Assembly: GCF_001194135.2 (NCBI RefSeq)
Contig: NC_068991.1
Span: forward strand, 75,689,418-75,723,113
Direction: 5' to 3'
Source of the DNA: Octopus bimaculoides
Taxonomy: Eukaryota
DNA: 33,696 nucleotides
Of this stretch, positions 32,657 through 33,696 are shown piece by piece (position 1 is the first letter of the stretch; each line of letters opens with the position of its first letter). Both the position numbers and the translations under genes were made by a program. The notes beneath the pieces were generated by a model. That model saw nothing but the letters and a program-made list of their open reading frames with translations, searched no databases and was not told the DNA's origin.

Positions 32657-32830
32657 TGTGTGCGCGCGCGCGTCTGTGTGTATAATATTTGTATATATAT
32701 ATATATAAATATTACATAAACATATACATGCATATATGTATACATGTATATATATATATATATGTATACATGTATGTATATGTATGTATATGTAACATAC
32801 ATACATCGTTTGTGCATGCTTGCGTGTGCT
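32520..32830. repeat. Complex CA/TA/TG/CG microsatellite block
   Basis: Directly visible. Confidence 0.9.
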
Positions 32831-32912
32831 TGTATTTACAGCATGCACATATATTATGCTATCATATTAAGCAAAGAAGTCATCCCTTTTAAAAATATAC
32901 TTACATACATAC

Positions 32913-32913
32913 A

Positions 32914-32980
<67 letters not shown>
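32913..32980. repeat. (TAAA)n(TA)n
   Basis: Directly visible. Confidence 0.97.
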
Positions 32981-32984
<4 letters not shown>

Positions 32985-33586
32985 AAATGATGTAATGATA
33001 AGTAACATAAAATGACTTTGCAACCTTGTGCATGCTGATGTCATGAAATTTAATTATTCACCAGCATGGCGAATAAAATAATTTTTAAATAATATAAAGG
33101 AAATCTCGGTGAAATAGAAACATTTGAAATATCAGAGTTAGTTTATCCATGAAAAAACATGTCAAAGGTAAAGAATTTCCAGTTATATTTCTATGCAGTT
33201 TGTTTTTTCAAGCTGGAAGCAATCTCGAAGCCGCTGTTGTTTTGCTTCATAAAAAATAAATATAGTCCTGAACGAATTACAGCAAGACAAACAGATATTG
33301 TAAAGTGCAAATTAGTTAAACTCACAATTCGTGATTAACGCATAGTTTTTGATGTCTTCTTCTTTGTGTTCACTGGATTTTATTTAGTTATTACGTGTTT
33401 ACTAACGTAGAAATTGATTTGTGAGAAGATGCATCCATGAACTAGTCACACGCACGCACACACACACACACACACACATACACACGGACAGATGCGCGCG
33501 CTTACACGCATGCACACACACGTACAAACATACAGGCGTGTAATACGTAAACAAAAAATGAGTGTGTATACATATTAATATACACC

Positions 33587-33587
<1 letters not shown>

Positions 33588-33639
<52 letters not shown>

Positions 33640-33696
33640 ATATCTATCTATCTATCTATCTATCTATATCTATCTATATATATATATATATATATA
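33588..33696. repeat. (TATC)n(TA)n to the window end
   Basis: Directly visible. Confidence 0.98.

Overview
Eukaryotic, AT-rich, non-coding DNA, probably intergenic or deep intronic. It is dense in microsatellites and has four N-gaps. The SINE families and microsatellite density look like a coleoid cephalopod, most likely Octopus; this is recognition from memory, not a database result. I found no intact protein-coding gene, host exon, true tRNA/rRNA gene or CRISPR array. Most ORFs in the supplied track are microsatellite translations, run through Ns, or are antisense to transposon relics. What is supported: (1) an R4/Dong-like non-LTR retrotransposon RT fragment (2797-3634) that starts exactly at an (AAT)n tract and is fused to a SINE; (2) many tRNA-derived SINEs from at least three families that share modules in different combinations, some with target-site duplications; (3) a near-complete decayed Tigger/pogo transposase (about 11849-13631, minus), a second pogo relic and a pogo-type MITE; (4) weaker hAT, mariner, CR1/L2 and RTE-like relics; (5) an unassigned GC/CpG-rich insert of about 480 bp inside a SINE tail. 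I do not see convincing evidence for a new biological system. The best leads are the microsatellite-associated R4/Dong-SINE chain, SINE module shuffling and the unassigned GC-rich insert.
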